From Octopus vulgaris (lineage: Eukaryota), in contig OX597814.1 of assembly GCA_951406725.2 (NCBI GenBank), positions 7,068,001-7,132,000 on the forward strand: DNA of 64,000 bases. Reading direction: 5' to 3'. Below are positions 12,116 to 25,288 of the stretch, one piece after another; position 1 is the first letter of the stretch; each line of letters starts with the position of its first letter. The notes under the pieces were generated by a model, which had not been told where the DNA came from, did no database searches, and saw only the letters and a program-made list of their open reading frames with translations. The position numbers and the translations under genes were made by a program.

Positions 12116-14677
12116 TAGAAAACCATTCCAATCATGGCCATTCTCTCTTTTATTTTAGATATTCTTTTCTACTCTAGGCTCAAGGCCCGAAATTTTGGAG
12201 AAGGGGACCAGTTGATTAGATCGGCCCCAATACACAACTGGTGCTTAATTTATTGACCCTGAAAGAATGAAAGGCAAAGTCGACCTTGGCGAAATTTGAA
12301 CTCAGAACGTAAAGACAGATGAAATAACTTTTATTTCAGATATTGTGCATCTGGGACAACATGATTCATTACATGATGTCTCTCTTTAAGAGGATTCAGG
12401 GTGACAGTGAGAGAGCTGATAACTTTATTAATAAAGGTGTCCCGGCTGTAGATAAACTCAAAAATGAGAAAATATTTGTCTTGTCGACCTTTCTAGAACC
12501 AGATTTAATCTTTACTAATGAGAAATAGCAGCCAAATACCCTCAAATTACACTCTACTGTGTTAAAGAAGAACACACTGTCCTTGATGCAATATGTTTGA
12601 AAATAAGATGTGATGGTCATATTTGGAACACTTTTAATAACATGCTAGCTTTTCAAAACTAAATAAATGGTTGAAATCAACTTGTAAATATTTATAAATC
12701 TTTTATCAAATTTAGTTTTTCTCACAATTTATTTAGTTTTAACCAAATCTTTTGAACCAAAAGAACTAGACACCTGTGTCCCCCCTCTAATTACCCCCCC
12801 CCTCACTATGTTCCCTTTTAACTCCCGATGTCATTAAAGATAACTCTAAAATAGATTAGGTTAGTCTCCTTCCTTACACTTGCAACCCTCCTCCTCCTCC
12901 TCCTCCCCTCCACCTCTATTTCTCTCTTCTACTGACGCCCCTCACCACCACCTGACTGACCTAACCCTAACCCTAACCCCTTACAAAACACACACTTGTC
13001 CCACCCTCATTACTAACACAATACCCTGACAACAGTCAAAGATGTGATTCTTGACAGTAATGAAGGAACCAATCCATTTAGTGTTACCTCAACTCTGCTA
13101 CTGACAGCAGTGAAAGCACAGAGTTTAGGGGTTTAGGGGTTTAGAGTGTTCAGATCATGGTTATAGTGGTCATCAGTTTAGTTCTTGGATTGGGCAAGGC
13201 ACTTCATTTTTACATTCCTGTTCAATACTCTCTCTCTCTCTCTCTTTCTTCCCCACCTGTTTCTACCTCTTCATCTCCCACAGTCTGAAAATCCTACTGG
13301 ATCAAAAGGGAAATGACAGAGAAAGGCCGTTTGTGTCAACTCACGACTACACAGGCCCTAAAACAATTAGCAAGAGCATGGTACACATTGTCAAGCTATA
13401 CTTGCATTTTTTTCTCTCCTTGTTTCTTTCTGTGTCCCTTTCTGTAGAAGAGCGTAGGCTCGAAACGTAAAAGACCTTTTCTATTCCTGAGCGTTATACT
13501 AATACATCTGTTTGTTTTGTACAACACATGTCTTCGTCTTTTGATTTTTTTCGTGTACTCTCCCTATATTTGCATTAAGGTTTGAAATAAATCTTTTCTC
13601 ACAGCTGGTCCCAAAAGATTTTAACCAAACTTGACCACCACTATGAATGGCTGTTGCAGCAGTTGGCCAGGAAATCTATAAATGAACTTTGCTTTGTTGT
13701 GCACAATTGCCAAGTTTCTGCCAATTTGAGTGAACAATGACACATGTCAGGAACCCATTAATATTTCCCCCAATCAATATAGTTTGCTTTACTATATTTG
13801 CCAAAACAAGAGCCAGCATATCTGACAGGTTAGTTATAAGGCCCCTGGTTCAATCCCATCATGTTGCCATCTTAGTTAAGAGTTTTTGTTTTTTTTTTGT
13901 TTTTTTTTTTATCATAAGCCTTGAATTGACCAATTCCTTATGATTGCAAGTGGGCTGCTAATCTGTGGAAGCCTTTCAGACATGGAATTCAGTGAGGAAA
14001 CAACTGGATATTTGATGCCAAAGCTGACAGGATTTTAATTTTTTCTACTTTCCAAGAGATGATGGTGTAAAGTGGCAGACAGGGTGAGAGAGAGAGAGCT
14101 GGAATTTGTGTGTGTATATGTGCAGGAGGGGGTATAATTCTTTATCCAAGTAGAGATTAAGATATTGTGGCCCTAATCTCAAAAGGTTCTCTCAGGTGAA
14201 TGCAACCAATATTTCTGCTGGTACTCTGACAATGTGTTGATTGAAAGAAATATGTGATCACAAGGACAATTCCAGAGAGAGAGGGGGAAAAGAGAAGGGA
14301 GAAAGAGAGAGAAATGGGGAGAAAGAGAGAGAGAGAGAGAGACTTTGATGTGGTTGTATATGATATAGAAGAAAAGTAGGAACGATATAGGATTCCTGCT
14401 AATCCTTCCAGGGATCAATGTGAATAACCGAAATCCAAATCAGCATCTTCAGACATTTCCATTTTAGAGGAGAATCAACGACCAATCTGAGATTAGAAAA
14501 TGGAGTTGTAGGCTTTCACCTCTTACCATAACTGAACCTCTTTACCTGTTACACACTGTTTTGGTTTCTACCACTCAGCCATACCTGTGGAAATATTCAG
14601 ACTAAATCTCACTGCAATCAACAACGTTGTTATCATCTACCATTATACTTCCTCTCTCCCTTTCTCTCTCTCCCCTC

Positions 14678-14709
<32 letters not shown>

Positions 14710-15060
14710 GTTTCACTCCCTCTCACTCTCTCTCTCACTCCAATCATCCTGGTTCTCTTGTATCAATGTCGAGGCAATACTAATGTACAACGGTACACAT
14801 AAACATGCCTGAGAATATTTCCTTATACGTAGTGTGGGTACAATAAGTACTAAGAATGAGCAGAGACAAGGCTTCCTCAAATGCTTGGTGGGGGTCATTA
14901 GAAGTACTGGACAGCTTCTGTTACCTAGGTGACCAAGTTAGCAGTGGCAGAGGAAGTTCTGAAAGCATAGTTGCTAGAATAAAAACAGACTGGTTCAGAG
15001 AGCTATTATCATTATTGTTGATTAAGGGCCCCTCCCTCAGAGTGAAAGGCAGATTATATG

Positions 15061-15273
15061 TATTTCTTTACTGCCCACAAGGGGCTAAACATAGAGGGGA
15101 CAAACAAGGACAGACAAAGGGATTAAGTCGATTACATCGACCCCAGTGTGTAATTGGTACTTAATTTATCGACCACGAAAGGATGAAAGGCAAAGTCGAC
15201 CTCGGTGGAATTTGAACTCAGAACGTAACAGTAGACGAAATACAGCTACGCATTTCTGTCAGCTCGCTGCCTT
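15061..15273 (-). mobile_element. SINE family B
   Basis: Matches the other family B copies; 16-bp TSD AAAGGCAGATTATATG at 15045-15060 and 15497-15512. Confidence 0.85.
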
Positions 15274-15275
15274 AA

Positions 15276-15494
15276 CCCTTTAGTGTTCTGATTATTCTAT
15301 CAAACATAATGCTTATTGATTCCCATTGATTTGAATTAATCATGCATTATCTCATATCTTCAAGATCTTGATGGTGTAATTACTTAATGTAGAATAACAT
15401 TGTAGGGTAGGTGTGAGAGCCTGGATCTGGTCAGTTTGAACAGAAAACAGATTAAATATTTTGGCCGGATATGGCCGGTTTAAATACTAAAGGG
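15276..15494. mobile_element. piggyBac-type MITE
   Basis: TTAA|CCCTTTAG ... CTAAAGGG|TTAA; homologous copies at 28874 and 32651 in the opposite orientation. Confidence 0.85.
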
Positions 15495-17129
15495 TTAAAG
15501 GCAGATTATATGATGCCTGTGTACAAACATCTGCTATGTTACATAGCATTAAAACATGGGCTTTGTCTACAGAGGAGTTGGGAAGGCTTGAAAGAAATGA
15601 AATCAGCATATTCCACTGGGTGGGTAATGTCAGTGTGTGATTCAAGAGAATAACAGGGTATAAGAGGCATCCGATGTTGTGTACAAAAGAGAAGACTGTG
15701 CTGACTTGGTCATGTGATGGCATATGGACAAGGACAGCTGTGTAAAGAAGTGGAGGGAAGCTATGGAAGGGTAAAGCTAGAAAGATGTTGGACATAGTAA
15801 GAAAGGATCCTTAGATGCTGGGCCTTAATGAGAAGATGACAAGGGACTGGGACTTGTGGAATTTGCTGTACTTGAGAAGACACATCAAGCTAAGTAACAC
15901 CATGGCCATCCATACACACAGGCATGTCCTTTATGGCATGCCCTCTATGGCGTCTCACAGCTGAGAGGTCTTTGACTTGCAGGGGCCAGTGCCACATAAA
16001 ATACACTCATGTTGGTGGCTCACAAAAAGCATCCAGTACCTTCTCTAAAGTGGTTGGCATTAGGAAGGGCATCAAACTGTAGAAACCCTGCCAAAACTGA
16101 CAACTGGGTCCAGGAAATCTGCCTGGCTGGACAGCTCCTGTCAAACCGTCCAACCCATATCAGCCTGGGAAATGGATTTTAAAGGAGGATGGTGATGATA
16201 ACATAATCGAATTGTGACAAGCAGAGATGATGCTGGGAAGAATTTGTTGCAAGTTGGAACATTCTGGACACAAAATATCTTCATCTATCAAAAAGATATT
16301 TGTGAAGCTGGTGGAGGGGCTTATGACACAATCCTAATATTTAAGAGCTGTTTCGATAAAATTAGGGAATTCCTAGTCATTTGCTCTGGCTATGAGGGAA
16401 ATCTTCAAGAGAATTGGGTTTTTTTATTACATTTACAATTTCTAAATTTTTGTGAATTGTAGACCCGTGTGTATATGTAATTTCTTACCCAACTCCACTA
16501 ACGATGTGTCACTGTATCTACACATGTGTATATAATAATTTCTTTTTTCCTTCCACACCTGTAAAAGACTATTACCTACAGGTGTCTACAGTATTTCCTC
16601 TATAATTCCTCTTTTCCTCTCAATGAAGCTCTACATGGACATAATCATTAATGTCAACGTCAACGTTATTCTTGGTTTCACCTCCTCTTCCTTGTCTCCT
16701 CCTCCACTTTCTCCTCCTTTTCCCTGTCTCCACTTCCTCTTCTTTTCATTCTCCTCCTCAACTCCTCACTTTATCTTCTACTTCTCTTCTTTTTCACCTC
16801 CTCCTCCACCTCAGCCCTCCCCCTCCATCTCCTCCCTCATCATTACCACTAACAGCTGCCAAACAAATCTGTTTTGCCGTCAAACAGAGACGGTTTCACC
16901 CAAAATTTCAATTATCTTTGCCACAATGGCATCCATGAAAAAACATTGTCAGACTGAACCAGTCGCTTCTGCCAGTGCCACTATAATGATGTGTGTGTAT
17001 GTTGGTGTGTGTGTGTGCGTGCATGCATGTGTGCATGAGAGCATGTGAGAGAGAGAGAGAGAGGGAGAGAAAGAGAGAAAGAAATTATTGGATCACTTAG
17101 ATTTGTCATGGAACAAACTTCATGCATCC

Positions 17130-18307
17130 ATTAATAATACTCACTCTTTGTAATTTGTTTGACCGAAACCTTCAATCAAATTACCCAGCAAAATCTAAGA
17201 AATATTTAAAATTTGAACCAGATAAATATTAATAATACTTACTCTTTGTAATTTGTTTGACCGAAACCTTCAATCAAATTACCCAGCAAGATCTAAGAAA
17301 TATTTAAAATTTGAACCAGATAAATATTAATAATACTTACTCTTTGTAATTTGTTTGACCGAAACCTTCAATCAAATTACCCAGCAAAATCTAAGAAATA
17401 TTTAAAATTTGAACCAGATAAATATTAATAATACTTACTCTTTGTAATTTGTTTGACCGAAACCTTCAATCAAATTACCCAGCAAGATCTAAGAAATATT
17501 TAAAATTTGAACCAGATAAATATTAATAATACTTACTCTTTGTAATTTGTTTGACCGAAACCTTCAATCAAATTACCCAGCAAAATCTAAGAAATATTTA
17601 AAATTTGAACCAGATAAATATTAATAATACTTACTCTTTGTAATTTGTTTGACCGAAACCTTCAATCAAATTACCCAGCAAAATCTAAGAAATATTTAAA
17701 ATTTGAACCAGATAAATATTAATAATACTTACTCTTTGTAATTTGTTTGACCGAAACCTTCAATCAAATTACCCAGCAAGATCTAAGAAATATTTAAAAT
17801 TTGAACCAGATAAATATTAATAATACTTACTCTTTGTAATTTGTTTGACCGAAACCTTCAATCAAATTACCCAGCAAAATCTAAGAAATATTTAAAATTT
17901 GAACCAGATAAATATTAATAATACTTACTCTTTGTAATTTGTTTGACCGAAACCTTCAATCAAATTACCCAGCAAAATCTAAGAAATATTTAAAATTTGA
18001 ACCAGATAAATATTAATAATACTTACTCTTTGTAATTTGTTTGACCGAAACCTTCAATCAAATTACCCAGCAAAATCTAAGAAATATTTAAAATTTGAAC
18101 CAGATAAATATTAATAATACTTACTCTTTGTAATTTGTTTGACCGAAACCTTCAATCAAATTACCCAGCAAGATCTAAGAAATATTTAAAATTTGAACCA
18201 GATAAATATTAATAATACTTACTCTTTGTAATTTGTTTGACCGAAACCTTCAATCAAATTACCCAGCAAGATCTAAGAAATATTTAAAATTTGAACCAGA
18301 TAAATAT
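17130..18307. repeat. Tandem array, 12 x 98 bp
   Basis: GACCGAAACC recurs every 98 bp from 17161 to 18239; there is one recurrent A/G variant site. Confidence 0.97.
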
Positions 18308-19669
18308 CGATTCTCACACAATATTTCTAAGATTATTGAAGAATTTGTTCATCTTTTATCTAGAGAGTATTAGATGTAAGAAAAAGAAAAGCACCATTCT
18401 CTCTAAATTGATATTACATGTGGAGTTTTGCTGGCTGCTGATTTCGTTTTCAGCTGCATATGATTATCTTTAAAATAATTCAAAGAATTTTATGCTTTCA
18501 TTCAATCTGATGCAATTGTACGAAAAATTTTTAACCAATGTTGATTAAAATTTCGGATTTCATTTGATTGGGAAAGAGAAATTACAAAATTTGCTTCTTT
18601 TTTGTAATTACCATTGCAAAGAAAATACAAGAATTTACAGAAACCTCTTGAGTGATGGCCATGCTAACACAGCTTGATGCTGTTAATATTCTGTTTGAAT
18701 TTGGTTTTGTAGAATGTTTTAAAGAAATAAATGTTTGGAGAAATGCCAATGTTTTATATGCAAGTTGGAAAGTTCCAGAATAATTTTCCTAGTTTTACAT
18801 TGAAGCTGTTAAGTTATTCTACCATAATTGCTTAATTATCTTCTGCATCCCATTTGGATCTGCTTCATTCTAGTAGTCATTCACTTAAAGAATTATAAAA
18901 CAAATACCATTATTTGATATAATTCTCACTTTGGTAATTCTCATTTATGATACGGAAATGCATTCTTCGTTATCAATATTTTGTTTCTTCCGGTTGTGAA
19001 CATTTATAAAACTTATAAGATATCTCTGTTTAGTCAATGTCTTTATCAAAATGGACATCAAATATAAATGGTAATTCTTTGACTTATATTTCATGATTTA
19101 ATTGTATCTCATTGTATCAATTCATTCTTTTGACACAACTAAATATTGATTATTTGCAAAACAGATTAATATTTGAATACAAAAAGACGATAAAATATGA
19201 AGCTTGAGTAAAGCATTTATCTTAAAACTGAATGTGTCTTTTATGTTTTTTGCCTAAACTCTGAAATTTAGACCAATTCATTCCAATAAATAAGAAACTA
19301 ATTGGTCTAGACTCATGAATAGCAATTAGAAGAATATGATAAATAGGTATTCATTTTTCATTCAAGATATTCTTGGTTCTACAGATTCTCAGTAAATGAT
19401 TCAACTGAATTAGTATTCTTACAATAGGAATGGTGTCGAGATACCATTCTCTGGTGCATAAACTCTACTTGGTCTATGTTGTACATTTACAAATTTTCTC
19501 TGATTGCTATAACCTTTCCACATTTGGAAAACAGCATCAAAACCTGTCTGGCTCCAACAAAAAAACTGATTGTAAATATTCTTCAATTTATTACAGGGGT
19601 TTGTGAATAAAGACCTTTCAGCTTTGAGAGTATTCTAAGGGACTAATTATTGCTTTCGTAACAGTTCCT

Positions 19670-20105
19670 TATTAGTTTCAAATGTTGCACAAGACCAGCA
19701 ATTTTAGAGGATGGGTGAGTTGATTGCATCAACCCAAGTGTTCAGCTGGTACTTACTTTATTGACCCTGAACAGATGAAAGGCAAAGTCTCAATGGAATC
19801 TGAACTCAGAATGTAGAACCAGAAGAAATGTCACTAAACATTTTGCCTGGAATGCTAACGGCTCTGATGGCTTGTTGCCTTTAGTTCCTTAGGCACAGGT
19901 GTGGCTGTGTGGTTAAAAAGCTTGCTTACCAACCACATGGTTCTGGGTTCAGTCCCACTGTGTGGTACCTTGTACTATAGCCTCAGGCCAACCAAAGCCT
20001 TGTGAGTGGATTTGGTAGATGGAAACTGAAAGAAGCCAATCGTATGTGTGTGTGTGTGTGTTTGTGTGTTTGTGTCTGTGTTTGATCCATCACCATCACT
20101 TGACA
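19670..20105. mobile_element. Diverged SINE B (minus) adjacent to a partial SINE A (plus)
   Basis: GATGAAAGGCAAAGTC and GGCACAGGTGTGGCTGTGTGG motifs. Confidence 0.7.
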
Positions 20106-20469
20106 ACCAAACAACAAATAAACATGTAGTAGACAGGTGTTTTATGTAAATTATTGGTTCTGGTAATTGTATCCCATTATTGTCAGGGTTACACTTGGCT
20201 TCAGCACCATTACGCATCAGTAAACATGGATCGTTTTAATAAAATAAATTAATTGGTTTTGTAAATTTTTGTGTCTTCATGGGGAAAAGCTCTTACTCGT
20301 GATTCAACATTAAAATTTTATTCAATATACTGATGTAATTTTGTGGTAAGAAGCTTGCTTCCCAAGCATATAGTTCTGTGTGGCGCTTTGGGCGAGTGTC
20401 CTCTGCAAAACCCTCAGCCAAGAACAGCCAATGAGAGAGAATAAACCCTACTCCGTATGGAATTACATG

Positions 20470-21280
20470 GTCAGTTCCACTGTGGAACCAACAAATTAAA
20501 AGACCAGGGAGCATCATGGAGGTGGCTCCAGAAGAGTGACCTAAAAAAGAATACTGAAAGCCCAATCGTTGTGGCCCTCAAAATCATACCAACTCGGTGA
20601 AAAAGAATATATACCACACAAGTGCTTTGGACCTCTGCAGAATGTGTAGGAAGAGGGTCGAAAGTGTGACTCACATTGTTAGTCTTTGTAAAAGTCTTGT
20701 GCAGAAAGAGTACAAACGTAAACACGACAAGATAGCCGAAAACCTCCACTGGCTACTATGCCGTAAGTATGGATATGAAGTTACACTGGAAAAGGTAATG
20801 GATGAAAAGGGGAAGGCAAAAATCTTTTGGGACTCTGATTTCCAGACAGACGAAGTGTCAGAGCACCAAAGACCAGACATAGTAACCTTTAGGAGGGACA
20901 AACAAAAATGTTTAATAATTGATGTGACAGTACCAGGAGATCAACACATCATCATGAAATAAAGAGAAAAGGTTGATAAATATGGAAACCTGAGGATTGA
21001 GATTGCTAAGATGTGGCAGGTAGAAGAGTCGAACATAAAGGTTATCCCTATTGTCATTGGAGCATTGGGTTCAATACCATCCCATCTGAAAACTTTAGAA
21101 ATACCCTACAATCTAGGTGTATTGCAGAAGTTGGCATTACTTGGAACAGCACGCATATTGCATAAAGTACTGTTGGTCTGAGGTCCTTGTTGTGACTTGA
21201 CAAACAGTACAAACCCCTGGTAGATACAATATCTTCAATCAACAACCTCACGATAATGTATACTGTATGATGTCTATAAT
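20470..21280 (+). mobile_element. R4/Dong-like non-LTR retrotransposon 3' end (restriction-like endonuclease), decayed
   Basis: CRMC..ESVTHIVSLC zinc knuckle, YKRKHD, RPDIV..LIIDVTVP and IPIVIGALG; followed by (AAT)n. Confidence 0.8.
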
Positions 21281-21308
21281 AATAATAACAATAACAATAA
21301 CAATAATG

Positions 21309-21339
<31 letters not shown>

Positions 21340-21356
21340 TAATAATAATAATAATG

Positions 21357-21400
<44 letters not shown>
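21277..21400. repeat. (AAT)n microsatellite
   Basis: Read directly. Confidence 0.95.
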
Positions 21401-21401
<1 letters not shown>

Positions 21402-22019
21402 CCCTGATGCAGTACCAGGCAGTGGCTCTCATGGCTTCTGATCTTAACTGATTGGAAGTGTTATCATGTACATTATTTTGTTTTGGTATAAAAGATGGGC
21501 TACAGCAAATATTCTGCTCAATATCACAGATTTGCTTGTCAGTTGTTGGACCTTAACCAGTTGACCATGTCCCTTAGTGGCTGACGATATGGGCATCTCT
21601 GATCATGAGCAGAAGTAGTAGGGGAGCATCATAGCCATGTATTGAGAGGAATTCTTTGGAGTTTGAATAATTCACCTTTAGAAATCTGGGTGTTTCGTTC
21701 AACATTCTTAAACAAATCTTATTGAGGAACCTTTTGAGTGGGATAGGCTACTCCACCTGAAGAAAATTCTAACTGGGCCACACCTGCAAGGTCATGTGCT
21801 GTTTATCTTGATATGAGATCACCATGTCGCGCACATATGGTTGTGATGCATGTGCCTGGTTTACCCTTATGAGATGAGTAGTCGTGATGTGTACACTGGG
21901 CTTCGTATATTTTACCCCAGTGTCACTTTGATGGCATGCACTGCTTTCTCCCTCAATGATAATTTTAAGAGTGCATTGGAATGTTAGCTGTGTGTGTGGT
22001 TTCAAAATAACAGAAAGGT

Positions 22020-22295
22020 TGCAAGGACATGAACCAGAGTGTGTAACAGAGAATTACAAGTCATATGAGACTTCCCCACAGAGATTGATCATAGTAACAG
22101 GACAAAATAAGATCAATCATTGACCTTGCAATTCCCTGATAGCAGAGTCGATTTCAAAGACTTGAGAAATATGAAGATCTAGCCAAGGGACTGAAGAGAG
22201 AATGGAAGACGAAGTCAATTATTCCTGTGGTAATTGGTGCACTTGGCACAGCACACAAAATGATACCTAAAAGACTGAAAGATATTGGAAAATAT
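22020..22295 (+). mobile_element. Old fragment of a restriction-like endonuclease LINE
   Basis: Translates in part to KYEDLAKGLKREWKTKSIIPVVIGALG, similar to 21000-21100 and 36980-37075. Confidence 0.6.
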
Positions 22296-22315
22296 ACATT
22301 TCCGTATATATTTCA

Positions 22316-22698
22316 TGTTGGGGCAAGCGAAATCGAAATCGAAATCGAATTGAACCAGCCAGGATCCCTGGACTGGTGGTACGTAAAGAGCACTATCTGA
22401 CTCGTGGCCGATGCCAGCGCCACCTCGACTGGCTTCCGTGCCGGTGGCACGTAAAATACACCAATCCGACCGTGGCCGTTGCCAGCCTCGCCTGGCACCT
22501 GTGCAGGTGGCACGTAAAAAGCACCCACTACACTCACAGAGTGGTTGGCATTAGGAAGGGCATCCAGCTGTAGAAACATTGCCAGATCAGACTGGAGCCT
22601 GGTGCAGCCTTCTGGCTTCCCGGATCCCCGGTCGAACTGTCCAACCCGTGCTAGCATGGAGAACGGACGTTAAACGATGATGATGATGATGATGATGA
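22316..22698 (+). mobile_element. RTE 3' UTR-derived repeat with (GAT)n tail
   Basis: Internal repeats of GGTGGCACGTAAAA; highly similar to 28045-28490, 24173-24510 and 39087-39400. Confidence 0.8.
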
Positions 22699-24172
22699 TA
22701 TTTCCTGCCAGCCAAAACAGACCGATTATGAAAAGCAGAACTAACTTGTGCAAATGAATCATAAGGAAATTTGGAAAAAATGAATGAGGATATTCCAGGC
22801 AGACTCACTATCTCCATTATTTTCCATGACTGCATTAATCCTTCTGACAAGTATATTGAGAAAATCCAGTAATATGCTTCAATAATATGGTCAATCCTTA
22901 TGGCTAAATCCCATAAAATCCTTTAATCCTTCTTCTCTATCACAGCCTTTCGTTCAACTAATTTTCTTTTACTTTAAATCCAAGAATGTATAATTTTGTT
23001 AATAAACTGATTTTCAAAGAATATGGAATCTTAGTTGTTCTTTGCTTCTTTCTAATTTTCCTGAGGCAGTTATCATTGTTGTTCTACCTCACCTGTTTCC
23101 ATTGCTCTATGTAGAGGTTTTCTTTCGCTTTTCTTCTTTCTTGCTTTCACCAATAGTTATAAGTTTTCATCTGCAGCTATCTTTTCTCCAGAAAGCTCTG
23201 TATTCAGCTCTCATTCTCTAAACACATCATACGTTCCAACCAACATAAACTTGTCTCTTGCACACCACATCTGTTCCTCTTATATCCAGTCTTTTGGGGG
23301 TTTGTTTTCTCAGCTCCGGTTCATTCCATTGCAAATATCACACATCCAGTGAGCATGTTTTCTTCATTTCTTTCTCGTCTTTGCACCTCTTTTGAATTAA
23401 AGGCCCAAATTTTTCTCCCATGCAGCATTAAACTCAGTATACAAGAATCATACAATCTGACTTTCGTTCAGATGGAAAAGCCCTTCATTGCCTCCAAAGG
23501 TTAACGGACCCCCTAACTTTTCCCAACTCATTCTAGCTATTCAAGCTACTGTGCTTCAGAACACCCAGATCCACAACTCATCAGGTCAACCTGGGAATAA
23601 AGTTATTGACTGCTCAGAGGAAACTATCCAGGCAATTGAAAGGAGAATGGATTTCCTAAATGTCCTTACTGTACATTTGCTTCTTTTTCTGTCAGATTCC
23701 TTGTAATCCCACCATACTTTTTGTGGGCCCTGCATGGAAATCCAAACGCCTTTTCTGTACGTCAACCACAATCGTTTTTCTAATGGTATAAGCTTTTATT
23801 AACTAAAACTTCAGTATTATAATGTAATTATGTCATTAAATCTAATCCTTAATTTCATGCACTAAATGAAATACAGAAATAGAATATAACAGATTCTATG
23901 AGGACTTCAATGTTTAAGGCAGTGGCGTTGGTTTTGTGGTTTCACGAGTTTTTAGAAGCAGCAAACAAGGTCCTTCCAAGATGCTATCATCTGACTGAAG
24001 CTATTCTCATACCAAAGTTGCACCCCTTTACAGTAAAAGACTTAATATTTCAAGAATTTAAATAATTGAGAAATAAAATACCCAGAGACACCAACCATAA
24101 AAAAACTAACAGCAAAGTTAATATTAACATATTTAATGCAGTGGTGAACCTTATATATTCAATGTTAACACT

Positions 24173-24510
24173 TCATCATCATCATCATCATCGTTTAGCA
24201 TCCGCTTTCCATGCTAGCATGGGTTGGACGGTTCAACTGGGGTCTGGGAAGCCAGAAGGCTGCACCAGGCCCAGTCTGATCTGGCAATGTTTCTACGGCT
24301 GGATGCCCTTCCTAATGCCAACCACTCCGTGAGTGTAGTGGGTGCTTTTTACATGCCACCGGCACAAGTGCCAGACGAGGCTGGCAAACGGCCACAATCG
24401 GATGGTGTTTTTTACGTGCCACCGACACGGGGGCCAGGCGAGGCTGGAAATGGCCACAATCACAAGGTGCTTTTTACGTGCCACCAGCACGAGTCCAGTC
24501 AGGGCAATGC
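24173..24510 (-). mobile_element. RTE 3' UTR-derived repeat
   Basis: Reverse complement of the 22316-22698 family. Confidence 0.8.
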
Positions 24511-25012
24511 AGTAATTATCACAGTTAACACAAACTTAACTATTGCTTTTTTATGTAGATGACATCCCTGAGGAAGCAATTAACTTTTAGTGATTTATTT
24601 TTTTAATTTAATAATAACCCACACCAGCTACACAAGTGCTGTACCATATTATATATAAAAAATACAAAATGGGACAAGAATGCAAAACATCCAAATAGAC
24701 GATGCAAAATACATGGTCGGGTTATTCAAAGCCTTTAATCTTCAGTCAAGAACCGGATCATCCTCGCAATTTCAGCTGATTAATCTTAAGATTGCTCCAA
24801 TATGGCCAGCCCCAAGGAAAAACTAAGCTTAAAGATTAAAGGCTTCAAATGACTTGTCCATGTTTTTTGTATTGTCTATTTGGATGTTTTGCGTTCTTGT
24901 CCCACTTTGTATTTTTTATACATATATATATAGCGGTGTACGTACACTTTGTTACCATATTATACATACATATCTAAAATAGTATTAAATATATTGAGTA
25001 AATGTTGTTGTC

Positions 25013-25288
25013 CAGTGGTTCCCAAAGTAGGCCATATTGCACCCCCTGGGGTGCGGTGGATAGTTCCAAGGGGATGTTGAAGGAATGTGGGGTGACAATA
25101 GGGTAGTGTTTCATGCAAAAACAACAAAATAACGGGTTTGTTAGGTTAAGTATTATTTGTGAAATACAATTGTTTTGAATTTGCTTCAGAAAGAGATCTA
25201 TGTTTGTGATGGTTAGTTGGGATGGAGGCGCTAGGAATGTGGCCTGGTGTCAAGGGGGCGGCAGCCTGAAAATGTTTGGGAACCACTG
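25013..25288. mobile_element. hAT-type MITE
   Basis: Terminal inverted repeats CAGTGGTTCCCAAA/TTTGGGAACCACTG and a perfect 8-bp TSD TTGTTGTC (25005-25012, 25289-25296). Confidence 0.92.

Larger units (their letters stand above)
14880..16200 (+). mobile_element. RTE LINE 3' portion interrupted by a SINE and a MITE
   Basis: LEVLDSFCYLGDQVSSG..LRVKGRLY matches 30070-30640; the UTR motif runs to about 16200. Confidence 0.8.

Noticed and set aside
12958-13145. Interstitial telomeric repeats (CCCTAA x3; TTTAGGGG x2-3)
   Set aside because: Too short to distinguish from background simple repeats
17130-18307. CRISPR-like array (also considered for 40872-42482)
   Set aside because: Units are identical end to end with no unique spacers, there are no cas genes, and the context is eukaryotic
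18310-19620. Repeat-poor stretch that might be a decayed gene
   Set aside because: The frames I translated contain frequent stops and no recognisable motif; blastx would be needed
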